Below, in pieces: positions 48,406 to 58,041 of a stretch of 64,000 nt of DNA. Every line of letters begins with the position of its first letter. The first letter of the stretch is position 1. Below the pieces are notes generated by a model. It had not been told where the DNA came from. It saw only the letters and a list, made by a program, of their open reading frames with translations, and searched no databases. The stretch covers positions 2,541 through 66,540 of the forward strand of contig DSCS01000057.1 in assembly GCA_011048995.1 (NCBI GenBank). Reading direction: 5' to 3'. The position numbers were made by a program, and so were the translations under genes. The stretch is from Bacillota bacterium (GTDB lineage: Bacteria; Macinerneyibacteriota; Macinerneyibacteria; Macinerneyibacteriales; DSCS01).

Positions 48406-49434
48406 ATGAACAAGAAAGAAATATTCGCTCTATTTTTGATTCTCCTTTTCAGCTGCACACCGGCCTCCAGGGATATCACATGCAGCTTCCCTCCTTTACG
48501 CCTTCAATTGATTTATCAAGGCTCTTGGGATTGCGATGCCAGACATCTCCTCTTTTCAACTCTGAACAACACCCTTTATATGCTGAACACATTAAACGGC
48601 GACCTGGCTTGGCGCAAATGGGACGGCAATGGCTTTGAAAGGAAAGCGATCCAATCACTTCCCGTGGGGATTCATAATGGAGAGATCTTTAATCCTGTCT
48701 CTCTTTTACCTCTGACGTCTCAATCGTTTCTTATTTTCGACCGGTACAAAAACAGGATCCACTTAGCCGATTCCCACGGTATCCGGAAGACTCTGGCCAT
48801 TAAAGAGCCGGGAGTTTTTCCCCCGGGAGCTCATTTATCAAGCCGTATCTCTTCTTCGGCCGGAGCTGTCCTCTTTATTTCCTTCCGGGGAAAAGGAGAG
48901 ATCCTCTGTGTCAATACATCCCCTTTTCAGATTCACGCCTTTAAAGGAATAACACATTCCCTTTCCCCAGACTCCCGGAAAGAGATTATGGTCAATGACT
49001 ATGCCGGAGATCTCTTATTTTGTTCAGGTGTCTCTTATCGTTTATTCCGAAAACCGGCCCTCTACTGTCAAAATGATTCAACGGTGTCATTTCTTCCTTT
49101 TTATTTTGAAGATATAAAAAAACACGGATACTCCTTTCGTATTCCCTCACATAAAAGCGCTGTCAGCCCTCTCTCCCCCTTTTCCAGGCGTATCACCCGG
49201 GCGGCTCTCCTTCCTTCCGGCAGACAAAAAAAGGGACGATTGCTTTTTTTTGATGATGAAAACGGCAGGATTTTTCTCTATGATCTGCATACAGGCGGAA
49301 TCACCAACACATACAGCATAGAGATCCCCTCGGAAATATTTATGAAAAAACCGAATCTCATTTTTTTGGGAAACCGCCATCTCCTTTTTTACGGCGAAAA
49401 CTCCTCATTTTATCTCTATGAAATAATCGGATAA
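48406..49434 (+). CDS. Hypothetical lipoprotein, beta-rich.
   Basis: The start is trimmed to MNKKEIFALFLILLFSC (lipobox). No family could be assigned. Confidence 0.45.
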   Translation: MNKKEIFALFLILLFSCTPASRDITCSFPPLRLQLIYQGSWDCDARHLLFSTLNNTLYMLNTLNGDLAWRKWDGNGFERKAIQSLPVGIHNGEIFNPVSLLPLTSQSFLIFDRYKNRIHLADSHGIRKTLAIKEPGVFPPGAHLSSRISSSAGAVLFISFRGKGEILCVNTSPFQIHAFKGITHSLSPDSRKEIMVNDYAGDLLFCSGVSYRLFRKPALYCQNDSTVSFLPFYFEDIKKHGYSFRIPSHKSAVSPLSPFSRRITRAALLPSGRQKKGRLLFFDDENGRIFLYDLHTGGITNTYSIEIPSEIFMKKPNLIFLGNRHLLFYGENSSFYLYEIIG

Positions 49435-49435
49435 G

Positions 49436-49475
49436 GCGGCCTCCCGCCAGAGAGGCCGCTCATTTCTATTTTTTA
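49436..49475 (+). terminator. Rho-independent terminator, possibly bidirectional.
   Basis: An 8-bp stem, GCGGCCTC with GAGGCCGC, has an 8-nt loop and is followed by TCATTTCTATTTTTT. It sits between two convergent genes. Confidence 0.6.
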
Positions 49476-50197
49476 ACGAATTCAGGTTCTTTTTTAAAGG
49501 AGGTGATTCCCTTTTTCCATAAGAGGAAAAGGACAAAGACAAGAGCCAAAAGAACAGCAAAGGCCGCAAGGATCAATACGATCCCTTCCGGCTGCCGATA
49601 GGTCAATGTCATTTCTGTCTCAGAGGCAGGGTCCAATTTCCAGCGGTAAAGATTTTCTTCTTCATCGATTTTCGAAGCATTATGATCCAAGACCCGAAAC
49701 GGCACTTTTACCGTATAGGTATAATCCATGCTTTTTGCAATATTAGAGGGGATCATTCCGTCCTCCTCATCGCCCTGAATGATATCTTCACCTAAAGAAC
49801 TGAAATCAGTTGTTATATGAAGAGTCCTGACCGTTTGAAAGAGGCCTTTCTTTGTTTCCACACGTAATGCCGTCCCGATAAATTCCTTATTTTCGGCAAG
49901 CGTTGTCTCAAGGGCCTCGATTGAATGAAATTCTTTCTGCGCCTTGATCCCTTCATAGCCATCTTTTTGATAACTGCTGACCTGAAATCCGCTTTTCTCC
50001 AAAGCCTCTTTTATTTTTCCAAAAGGCTCATTGCCTCCCTGCCGGGTTGCCTCTGTCAAAGCTTCGATCAACCCGAAAGAATATTCAAACACGGCTTCTC
50101 CGTTCCGTTTCAATGTCAGAGTCGAATGGCTTTCTGAGCAAGCCGTCACCACTATAAGAAAAACGATAGCAAATGCAAAACGGGTGATTATTTTCAT
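49466..50197 (-). CDS. Hypothetical lipoprotein with a C-terminal TM anchor.
   Basis: The lipobox reads VVTACSE. The C-terminal hydrophobic helix reads LILAAFAVLLALVFVLFLLW. Confidence 0.45.
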   Translation of the reverse strand: MKIITRFAFAIVFLIVVTACSESHSTLTLKRNGEAVFEYSFGLIEALTEATRQGGNEPFGKIKEALEKSGFQVSSYQKDGYEGIKAQKEFHSIEALETTLAENKEFIGTALRVETKKGLFQTVRTLHITTDFSSLGEDIIQGDEEDGMIPSNIAKSMDYTYTVKVPFRVLDHNASKIDEEENLYRWKLDPASETEMTLTYRQPEGIVLILAAFAVLLALVFVLFLLWKKGITSFKKEPEFVKK

Positions 50198-50281
50198 CCC
50201 CGATACCTCCTTTTTTGCCCCTTTATTCAGGCATAGTTAAGAATAACGGATTTCTTTATTTTTTCAAGCTTTTGAAAAAAA

Positions 50282-50341
50282 ACATGACAATCGACATGAC
50301 AATAAGAAATTTGTCCATATAATTACTTTGTGAGACAAAGT
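50282..50341 (+). promoter_or_regulatory. Promoter-operator region upstream of the membrane-protein/wHTH pair.
   Basis: Tandem direct repeats ACATGACAAT lie at 50282-50291 and 50294-50303. TGACAA acts as a -35-like hexamer. TATAAT lies at 50318-50323. A perfect inverted repeat ACTTTGT-GAG-ACAAAGT lies at 50325-50341. Confidence 0.4.
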
Positions 50342-50372
50342 TATTTGGCTTATCATTAGAAAAGGGGGAATC

Positions 50373-50972
50373 ATGAATTCACACAAGGCTTATGAAGATG
50401 TTCAACTAATCAAAGAGATGCTGTCTAAAACCAAGAGAAACGTCATGGAGAGCGGAAAGTATTTCGCTCTATGGGGTTATGTTATCCTTACTGCTGCATT
50501 ATGCTCCGATTACATCGCCAATTCCCTTGGAAAACCTTGGGTATCTCACGCGATATGGCTCGGAGCAATAGCCATCGGATCACTCTTTACATTCCTTTTT
50601 ATATCAGCCGATAAAAAACGGACTCGAGTGACGACGTTCTTTGATCGTATCGGCGGGTACATGGGGGGGGGATTCGGCATTGCATTTCTGTTAGCCGGAG
50701 TTGTCTATCCCGCTCTCGGAGTCTACCCTTATTCCACGATCCCGATCATCACAGGGATGATCGCAGGAACCTTTCTTTTTATTACAGCTTGTCTCTATCA
50801 ATGGAAATTTCTCTTCGGAGCCGCTTTTATATGGTGGGCAGCGACCCTGGCGGCAGCCCTTCTCCCGTTCAACCTGCAGGCTTGGCCGATTTTTTTTGCT
50901 TTGATTTTCGGTTACATCATTCCCGGCCATATGCTTCATTACAAAGAGCGGAAAGGCCAAAGGGATGAATAA
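50373..50972 (+). CDS. Hypothetical polytopic membrane protein.
   Basis: 199 aa with five to six TM helices. The gene contains a G8 homopolymer at 50657-50664. Confidence 0.5.
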   Translation: MNSHKAYEDVQLIKEMLSKTKRNVMESGKYFALWGYVILTAALCSDYIANSLGKPWVSHAIWLGAIAIGSLFTFLFISADKKRTRVTTFFDRIGGYMGGGFGIAFLLAGVVYPALGVYPYSTIPIITGMIAGTFLFITACLYQWKFLFGAAFIWWAATLAAALLPFNLQAWPIFFALIFGYIIPGHMLHYKERKGQRDE

Positions 50973-51288
50973 AGAGTCCGTCCATCTGGATCCTCTGATT
51001 CATACGCCGGTCAGATTGGCTGTGCTCTCCCTCTTAATGGCTGTGGAGGAGGCCGATTTCATGTATCTCAAAGAGAAAACCGGAGCAACAGAAGGAAACC
51101 TGAGCACACATCTGGCCCGGTTGGAAGAAGGCGGTTTGATCTCCATTGAAAAGACATTCTTTAAAAAACGCCCCAAAACGGTCTGCTCCATCACCGAAGA
51201 GGGGAAACGCCGTTTTCACCACTATGTCTCCTGCCTGGAAGCTCTTCTCTCTCCGGAAATCCCTGAAGAGAATACTTCAGAGGGGTAA
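50965..51288 (+). CDS. Winged-helix transcriptional regulator (PadR/ArsR-like).
   Basis: The wHTH reads GATEGNLSTHLARLEEGGLISIEK...SITEEGKRRF. It overlaps the preceding membrane gene by 8 nt. Confidence 0.6.
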   Translation: MNKESVHLDPLIHTPVRLAVLSLLMAVEEADFMYLKEKTGATEGNLSTHLARLEEGGLISIEKTFFKKRPKTVCSITEEGKRRFHHYVSCLEALLSPEIPEENTSEG

Positions 51289-51386
51289 AGACAGACGCTT
51301 CACGTCAAGGGCTTTCAAACAGGGTTTACAAGCCCCGAAGAGAGCCCTTGGCAGCCATTAAAAAAAGGGGCTCTTCATAAAAAACA

Positions 51387-54300
51387 TCAGTCTCCGGACA
51401 GGGCTTCTTTCATCACGCGTCCCAATTCATGTTGCCGGTACGGTTTTTGAATAAAACCGCGGGCTCCCTTTGCAATCAATTCATGGAATCCTCTGTCATG
51501 ACTAAATCCCGAGGAAAAGACCACTTTCACCCGGGGATCGATTTTGCGAAGAGCATCAAAGACTTCCCTGCCGCTCATTTTCGGCATCACCATATCTAAG
51601 AGCACAATGTCTATGGATTCAGGGTTCTGCTGATAGAGGCGAAGCCCCTGGTCTCCCTCCTCAGCCTGAAGTACCGTGTATCCCAATTCAGAAAGGATCA
51701 CTCCTGCAATGGTGCGCACAACATGATCGTCTTCAATAATAAGAACCGTTTTGTCGCGGACACTGAGATCCTGTCGCTTGTCATGTTTCTTCTTGACTTT
51801 CTCTGATTCCGCAGGCAGATAGATCCGAAAGGCCGTCCCCTGACCCGGTTCACTTTCAAATTCGATCATTCCCCCATGATCCTTCACCGAACCATAAACA
51901 GCAGGCAATCCCAAGCCTGTCCCCCGCCCGACTTCTTTGGTCGTAAAGAACGGCTCAAATATATGATCGGCAATATCAGCGGGAATCCCTTTACCGTTAT
52001 CCCGGACCTCAATGCGAACATAGGGCCCTGGCTTCAGGTCAAAACTGCTTTGGCGGCAAAAAGCCTCATCGAAAAAGGTATCGGACGTATTAAAATAAAT
52101 AATTCCGCGCTCAGGCAAGGCATCCCGGGCATTGATCCCCAGATTCAAAAAGGCATTCTGCAGCTGTCCGGGATCACCGATGACAGTGGAAAAAAGGGCT
52201 TTGAACTCCTTTTTGATTTCTATTCGTCGGTCAAGGCTTCTTTCTAAAATCTCGACGGCATCGGATATAATCCGATGAAGATCCACCGGCGTGGAGACGA
52301 CTTTCCCCTTTCTGGAAAAATCTAAAAGCCTTTGTGTCAATTCTGAAGCCCGCTTGGCTGTTTCAATAATCATTTTGACATTGTTCTTCAAATCATTGTT
52401 CTTCCCTAATTTCATGGAAATCAAATCGGCAGCTCCCATAATACCGGCCAGCATATTGTTGAAATCGTGAGCAACCCCGCCTGCAAGCAGGCCGATAGAA
52501 TCCAGCTTTTGGGATTGTCTGAGCTGTTGTTCCAAAATAAACTGCTCCGTTACATCCCGCAAGACGATGACCGCCCCCTGAAGCTCCCCGCCTTCATTTC
52601 TTATCGGTGCTGCGCTTCGTGAAACCCGTCGCTGACTTCCATCTTTTTTTTGGAAAATGCAGGTTCCCTGGCGGCATTTCTCTTGCTTCCCCGAAAAGTA
52701 AACCTCTAATGGAGTCATGGAACATAGTTTCCCGTCTTCATTAATCAAATGCAGGATATCATCCACCGTTTTTCCTGTCAGAGCGTCTCCGGAACTTTCC
52801 AAAAGATTTTCCGCAACCGGGTTGATCTCTTTCACATTGCCGTCGGCATCGACGGCAATAACAGCATCTCCAATAGAGTTAAGAATGATCCTCAGATCAG
52901 CTTCCCGTTGTTTTAAAGCATTTTCAGCAATTTTCCTTTTACTGATATCACGGCCGACAGCCAGAATAGCCTTTTCACCTTTAAATTCGATCAACCGCGC
53001 ATTGATCTCTGTGGGAATCAGCTGCCCGTCTTTCGTCTTTTGTTGTACCTCAAAAGCGTAGAGCCCCTTTTCTGTTATTTTCCGTATCTGAACCGGAATC
53101 ATATCAATTTCATCCGGGGCTGCAACACTGCTGATGTGACGGGAAACCAATTCATTACGGGGATATCCCAGGCGCTCACAAAAGACATCATTGACCTCTA
53201 ATATCGTTCCTTCAAGGGAATGCATCATCATCCCGTCTGTAGCCGAATGGAAAAAGAGACGGAATTGCTCTTCGCTTTGTTTCAAAGCTTCTTCGCCTCT
53301 TTTCTTTTCTGTAATATCCGTCCCTGAAGTCAATATCCCGGTCACATGGCCTTCTGCATCTCTCAACGGGGCATTATGCCAGGCCATGAATTTCCTGTTC
53401 CCCCGGCCCGTTAAAATGAAATTTTCATGATATTCTATGTTTTTCTTCGTATTCTTTTTGTTGGTTTGAAATATTTGCTGCACACTCTCATGCTCTTCCG
53501 GAGGAATAAAGGAATCCGTCCATATCCGTCCGAGAATGTCTTTTTCTTCGGCTTCCAAAATCTCACAGCCCTTTGGGTTGATCATGGTTATGCAGCCTTC
53601 AAGATCCAAAGCCATCATCATCACATCGGCAACATTTAAATAAGAGCGCGCTTTGTCCCGCTCTCTTATAATGGACTTCTCGGCTTCTTTGACATCGGTG
53701 ATATCAATAACAGAAATCAACCCTGCCCTTTCTCCTTTATAGATACAGGTGGTCCCGATAAGCCGGACCCACCGCTCTTCTCCGTCTTTCCGGATGATTT
53801 TGAACTCATAGCCGCTGGGAGCGTCCCGTCCCTCCTGGCGCATTTTACCCCGTTCTTTGATAAGATCCTGATAATCAGGATGGACAATGTCCCAAAAATT
53901 CATTCTTAAGATCTCATTGATCCGATATCCGGTTATTGTTTCAGAAACAGGATTCACATAGACCCAACGGTCCTTTTGGTACAGCATCACGGCCACAGGA
54001 GAGGAATTCGTAACCGTTCGAAAAAGCTCTTCACTCTCCTCAAGCGATTCTCTTATCTCATACTCCCGGGTCACATCGCGGAAAACCAAAACGACTCCGA
54101 TGATGTTTCCTTTTTTATCTTTGACCGGAGCTGCACTGTCGGCGATCTGGAAGCGTTCTCCCTGACGGGATATCAAAACCGTATGATTGGCTAAACCGAC
54201 AATCCTCCCTTCTCTTAAGACTTCATCTATCGGGTTTACCGCTTTAACTCCCGTTTGGGCATGGACAATGTGAAAAACATCATCAAGCGGCTTTCCCAGA

Positions 54301-55721
54301 GCTTCTTCTGCAGGCCACCCAGTCAAAAGCTCTGCCATACGGTTCATTTCAATAATGCGGCTGTTTGTATTAGTGCCGATGACAGCATCTCCAATGGATT
54401 GGAGAATAGCATGACGTGTCTCTTCGATCTGATACTCTTTATTCTCCTCTCTCAATCTGAGAAATCCCAGAAAAAGAATGATGACACTTGTGAAAAGAAT
54501 ACCGGCCACCATCACAAGCCAGGGGACAAGAAGCGGATTCTCCTTAAAATATTTATCTGTTGCCGCCACACGGATATTCCAGAGATTTTCCCCGGCGATA
54601 ATGGATTGCGTCGCAACAAAAGATTCCCTGACTTTTTCAGGCCATTGGGAATAGATTACTTCTCCCTCCGGCATTCCCTGAGGATCGATGATTGTAATGC
54701 CCAGAAGGTTTTCTCCGTGCAGGCCCGTGAGAGAAGCCATCATGCGGTCAAAAATGACGACGCCTTCGATATATCCGAGTATTCCGCTGCTTTTATCATG
54801 CAGGACAGGAAGAATAAATGAGACAATAATATGCTCATGTACACCCTGGGGATGAAAAGTCGAGTTCACCAAAGTCAGGCTTTTTTCGTCCCGAACCTGT
54901 TTATAGATATCAGTTCTGCCTGAAAAGAGTTCTGTCCTTAAACCGACAAAATTTTCATGCCCTTCAGCCGGTTCGATAAAAAAAACAGGATAAGAGATCT
55001 GCTCTCTCGATACAGGGCTCTCCGGAGCAAAATCGATTCCTTTTAAATGAAATTCAAACCCCTGCTTCCCGGCTGCCCTTCGGGCTTCATCGAACCGCCG
55101 CCCTTCCAAATGAAGAATCCACACCAATGAGTGAAGGTCCGGATTTTTTCTGAAAAGTTGTGATGCATAATTATGAAACTCCAGAGCTGTGACTTCATCA
55201 CTATTTTCGAAAAAAAACTTCAGACCTTCTATATCACTCCACAAATCATGGACTTTAGACTGAAGAGATATCCTTGTCAGATCGGCATACCGCTGAAAAG
55301 CCTTTTGCAAGACTTTGAGCTCGCTTCTCATGGAGAGCCAGAACAGTATGATAAAAAAAACATAACAGACAAGAGCCGTGCTCCAGAGTATCGTTTTCGT
55401 TTTGCCCGTCTCAAAATTTCTGTCAGTTATTTCCCGGTATTCATGTTTGATTTCTTTTATGATAACAGCAGCGTTGGCTGAAAACAAAATCAAGAAAACA
55501 GCAAAAAATAAATAATCACCCCGCCAATGACCGATAAGGGGACCCCATCCGCTCAAACGGAATAAAATATAGGAAGTAATAGTCAACGCTGAAATAAAAC
55601 TCATCAACAAGACATAATGCTTTTGTTTTAAAGGTTGACGAGTTTTCAAAAAGCACCTCTTCTTCCTGAAGGAACTCTTCTTTATAAAGTATAGCCGCAA
55701 AAGAGATGCTTTGTCAATCAA
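51387..55721 (-). CDS. Hybrid sensor histidine kinase with a periplasmic sensor, multiple PAS domains, HisKA, HATPase and a C-terminal receiver.
   Basis: 1444 aa. Two N-terminal TM helices flank a sensor domain of about 250 aa. At least five PAS/PAC repeats follow. The H-box reads HDFNNMLAGIMG. G-boxes (DNGKGIP, GTGLGL) and a receiver domain (DIVLLDMVMPKMSG) are present. Confidence 0.85.
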   Translation of the reverse strand: MIDKASLLRLYFIKKSSFRKKRCFLKTRQPLKQKHYVLLMSFISALTITSYILFRLSGWGPLIGHWRGDYLFFAVFLILFSANAAVIIKEIKHEYREITDRNFETGKTKTILWSTALVCYVFFIILFWLSMRSELKVLQKAFQRYADLTRISLQSKVHDLWSDIEGLKFFFENSDEVTALEFHNYASQLFRKNPDLHSLVWILHLEGRRFDEARRAAGKQGFEFHLKGIDFAPESPVSREQISYPVFFIEPAEGHENFVGLRTELFSGRTDIYKQVRDEKSLTLVNSTFHPQGVHEHIIVSFILPVLHDKSSGILGYIEGVVIFDRMMASLTGLHGENLLGITIIDPQGMPEGEVIYSQWPEKVRESFVATQSIIAGENLWNIRVAATDKYFKENPLLVPWLVMVAGILFTSVIILFLGFLRLREENKEYQIEETRHAILQSIGDAVIGTNTNSRIIEMNRMAELLTGWPAEEALGKPLDDVFHIVHAQTGVKAVNPIDEVLREGRIVGLANHTVLISRQGERFQIADSAAPVKDKKGNIIGVVLVFRDVTREYEIRESLEESEELFRTVTNSSPVAVMLYQKDRWVYVNPVSETITGYRINEILRMNFWDIVHPDYQDLIKERGKMRQEGRDAPSGYEFKIIRKDGEERWVRLIGTTCIYKGERAGLISVIDITDVKEAEKSIIRERDKARSYLNVADVMMMALDLEGCITMINPKGCEILEAEEKDILGRIWTDSFIPPEEHESVQQIFQTNKKNTKKNIEYHENFILTGRGNRKFMAWHNAPLRDAEGHVTGILTSGTDITEKKRGEEALKQSEEQFRLFFHSATDGMMMHSLEGTILEVNDVFCERLGYPRNELVSRHISSVAAPDEIDMIPVQIRKITEKGLYAFEVQQKTKDGQLIPTEINARLIEFKGEKAILAVGRDISKRKIAENALKQREADLRIILNSIGDAVIAVDADGNVKEINPVAENLLESSGDALTGKTVDDILHLINEDGKLCSMTPLEVYFSGKQEKCRQGTCIFQKKDGSQRRVSRSAAPIRNEGGELQGAVIVLRDVTEQFILEQQLRQSQKLDSIGLLAGGVAHDFNNMLAGIMGAADLISMKLGKNNDLKNNVKMIIETAKRASELTQRLLDFSRKGKVVSTPVDLHRIISDAVEILERSLDRRIEIKKEFKALFSTVIGDPGQLQNAFLNLGINARDALPERGIIYFNTSDTFFDEAFCRQSSFDLKPGPYVRIEVRDNGKGIPADIADHIFEPFFTTKEVGRGTGLGLPAVYGSVKDHGGMIEFESEPGQGTAFRIYLPAESEKVKKKHDKRQDLSVRDKTVLIIEDDHVVRTIAGVILSELGYTVLQAEEGDQGLRLYQQNPESIDIVLLDMVMPKMSGREVFDALRKIDPRVKVVFSSGFSHDRGFHELIAKGARGFIQKPYRQHELGRVMKEALSGD

Positions 55722-55747
55722 TCAGATAAAAACACCGTTTTCCCTCT

Positions 55748-56353
55748 TCACCGAACATCATAGTCTTTTGTCCAATATGTATCCTCAGTAAAACCCCATG
55801 AATAGAGAAGGGTTGCTGTATCGACGATGACAAGCTCTATATAATCGGGATAGAGACGTTTGGGCTGAGCCGTTACCTGAAGAGAGATCAAACGCCCATC
55901 GATGAAACCGGAGAATTCAGCCACCACGCTTCCGTTTTTGATCTGTTTCCCGCTAAGAGCCCGGCCCTTTTGAGTCAGAGTGACTTCAGAATCCAAAAAC
56001 TGCCACTTCCCCGTCAGTTCAAAATCCTCTTCATCAAGAGCGTTTTTGACTTTGACCCAATCTTCAACGCTGTTTTCTATGATGTGATGTGAATCCGGAA
56101 GTGTGCCGGATGCCATCATTCCCCCCTGGTAGCGGAAAACCAACTCATTTCCCCTCAAAGACAAACGGCCTTCTCGCTCCTCTTTATCACCTCTGTAATA
56201 ACTTTCTTTGATGAAAGAATACCCCTCACTCTCCTGTGAGACTTTGACAACAGATTTATTTTGCCGGATAATCCATAGACCGTCTAAGTCTTCTCCAAGG
56301 GACACTGCGATCACGCTTATCAATAAGGCAATTATCAGCGTACTTCTTTTCAT
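55748..56353 (-). CDS. Hypothetical secreted protein, 201 aa.
   Basis: The start is trimmed to the MKRSTLIIALLISVIAVS signal, with AAGGAGGG 4 nt upstream. The longer track ORF has no RBS. Confidence 0.5.
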   Translation of the reverse strand: MKRSTLIIALLISVIAVSLGEDLDGLWIIRQNKSVVKVSQESEGYSFIKESYYRGDKEEREGRLSLRGNELVFRYQGGMMASGTLPDSHHIIENSVEDWVKVKNALDEEDFELTGKWQFLDSEVTLTQKGRALSGKQIKNGSVVAEFSGFIDGRLISLQVTAQPKRLYPDYIELVIVDTATLLYSWGFTEDTYWTKDYDVR

Positions 56354-56478
56354 CCGCCCTCCTTCTCCATATCTCTTATATAAGGCCTGCGGCCCTTTTT
56401 GGCAAGACAGGAGAATGTCTCTTCTTCTTGACAAACCCGCTCTAAAGAGTATGCTTTCCAGAAAAAGGGCCGGTTCCT

Positions 56479-57048
56479 ATGTTTTCTTCTTTTCATGAAC
56501 TTCAAAAGATGTATCGTTATGATGTAAAAAGAAAAACATTTCACATCGATATTCGTCTTGACTATTACCGTGATCTTTACAATGAATGGGACTACTCCCC
56601 TTTGCACCGCAGGGATATGGATATGGATCTTCTTGAGTTTATAGAAGAATGTTCTTCAGAGATCCCGCTCAAATTTCCTGTCCAGATCAATTTTTATCTT
56701 CCCAAAAAAGTCAAGAATGAAGAGATCGAAGAAAAAAATATCAAAGGGATGAAGAACTTTTTCTCTTACACCTTAATCAAACAGCAGAGACAGCGGCGGA
56801 GAATGTTCCACAGCTCTCTCATCTATGGGCTGACCGGAACCGGCCTTCTTATCGGGGCCTTTATTTTAAAAACCCTGTTTGTCAACGAATCTGCAGCCAT
56901 CCTAATTTCAGAAGGGCTCTTCATCGGAGGATGGGTTCTCTTCTGGGAGCTTTTTTCTTTCATCTTCTTTAAGATCAGGACAATCAATTCAGAAATTAAA
57001 AATGATCAGCGAATCCTTAACGCCTGCATCGTCTATCATTATATTTAA
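56479..57048 (+). CDS. Hypothetical protein with two C-terminal TM helices.
   Basis: 189 aa. No family could be recognised. Confidence 0.4.
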   Translation: MFSSFHELQKMYRYDVKRKTFHIDIRLDYYRDLYNEWDYSPLHRRDMDMDLLEFIEECSSEIPLKFPVQINFYLPKKVKNEEIEEKNIKGMKNFFSYTLIKQQRQRRRMFHSSLIYGLTGTGLLIGAFILKTLFVNESAAILISEGLFIGGWVLFWELFSFIFFKIRTINSEIKNDQRILNACIVYHYI

Positions 57049-57974
57049 ACAGATGCGTCAGGGGGGCCGGAGGAGACTTTTCCTTCACGGATATTATCAT
57101 AAAACCGTGTCGTCGGATAAGCCAGATCAATATCGTCCAACTGTCCGAATTCTGTTAAGATGTCCTCCCAGACAGCCTCCGTACTGCCCCGTCTTTTGCG
57201 CGGCTCGCACATATAACGCACCGTCAACAAGACTCCGCTTTCTTTGACTGAAGTATAGACGATAGGGGTCAATTGTGTATAAAAAATCATGAAGCGTTTG
57301 TTCGCCTCCCGCAGGCTTTTTTCAGCTGACGGAGTCAGTGACTCTGCATGGCGGTTGACGATATTCCAAAGAATTTTTTTTGCCTTCTTCCAATCACTTT
57401 CAAAAGTCACGAGTATAGGAATCTCATTCCAGATGTAGCGGAATCCCTTTGTATAATTTGCCAATGTCTCCGTAAAGATCTTGGCATTATTAATATCAAT
57501 AATCCTTCCGGTGCTTTGGTCGGCATCAACCCAATTACCGATTTCGATTAAAGTAAATTGAAATACTCTGATATCGATGACATCTCCGGCATGGGCCCCG
57601 ATTTGAATCCTGTCTCCCAAAGTGAAAGGGCGCCGGGAAATAATAAAGATCCAGCCTGCAATATTTGTCAAAGGGTCTTTCAGGGCAATAGCCACGCCGG
57701 CTGACACCAATCCCAGATAGGTGGCCAATGTCTGAATTCCTTTGAGCCAAATACTCCCCACCAGAAGAAGGACAAGAACCCCGGCAACATAAGTCAGACT
57801 TTTCCTCCAGGTATAGCGGACCTTCACATCTGATGTGGCCTTATTGATAATATGAAAGGCCAGTAAACGAAAAAGCCAGAAAAGGAAGAACACAATCAGA
57901 GTGGAAAGAATTTTACTCTGCATCTCCGGGCTTATCCCTGTCCATTGAAGGATAAATTCGTGAATAGAAGTCAT
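57045..57974 (-). CDS. Small-conductance mechanosensitive channel (MscS family).
   Basis: TM helices are followed by the beta-domain signature GDRIQIGAHAGDVIDIRVFQFTLIE. Confidence 0.8.
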   Translation of the reverse strand: MTSIHEFILQWTGISPEMQSKILSTLIVFFLFWLFRLLAFHIINKATSDVKVRYTWRKSLTYVAGVLVLLLVGSIWLKGIQTLATYLGLVSAGVAIALKDPLTNIAGWIFIISRRPFTLGDRIQIGAHAGDVIDIRVFQFTLIEIGNWVDADQSTGRIIDINNAKIFTETLANYTKGFRYIWNEIPILVTFESDWKKAKKILWNIVNRHAESLTPSAEKSLREANKRFMIFYTQLTPIVYTSVKESGVLLTVRYMCEPRKRRGSTEAVWEDILTEFGQLDDIDLAYPTTRFYDNIREGKVSSGPPDASV

Positions 57975-58041
57975 ATATCACCTCAGTGTATACTTCATTT
58001 TAACCCAAAAGACGGATGAAGTCAAAGACTCAAAACAAACG

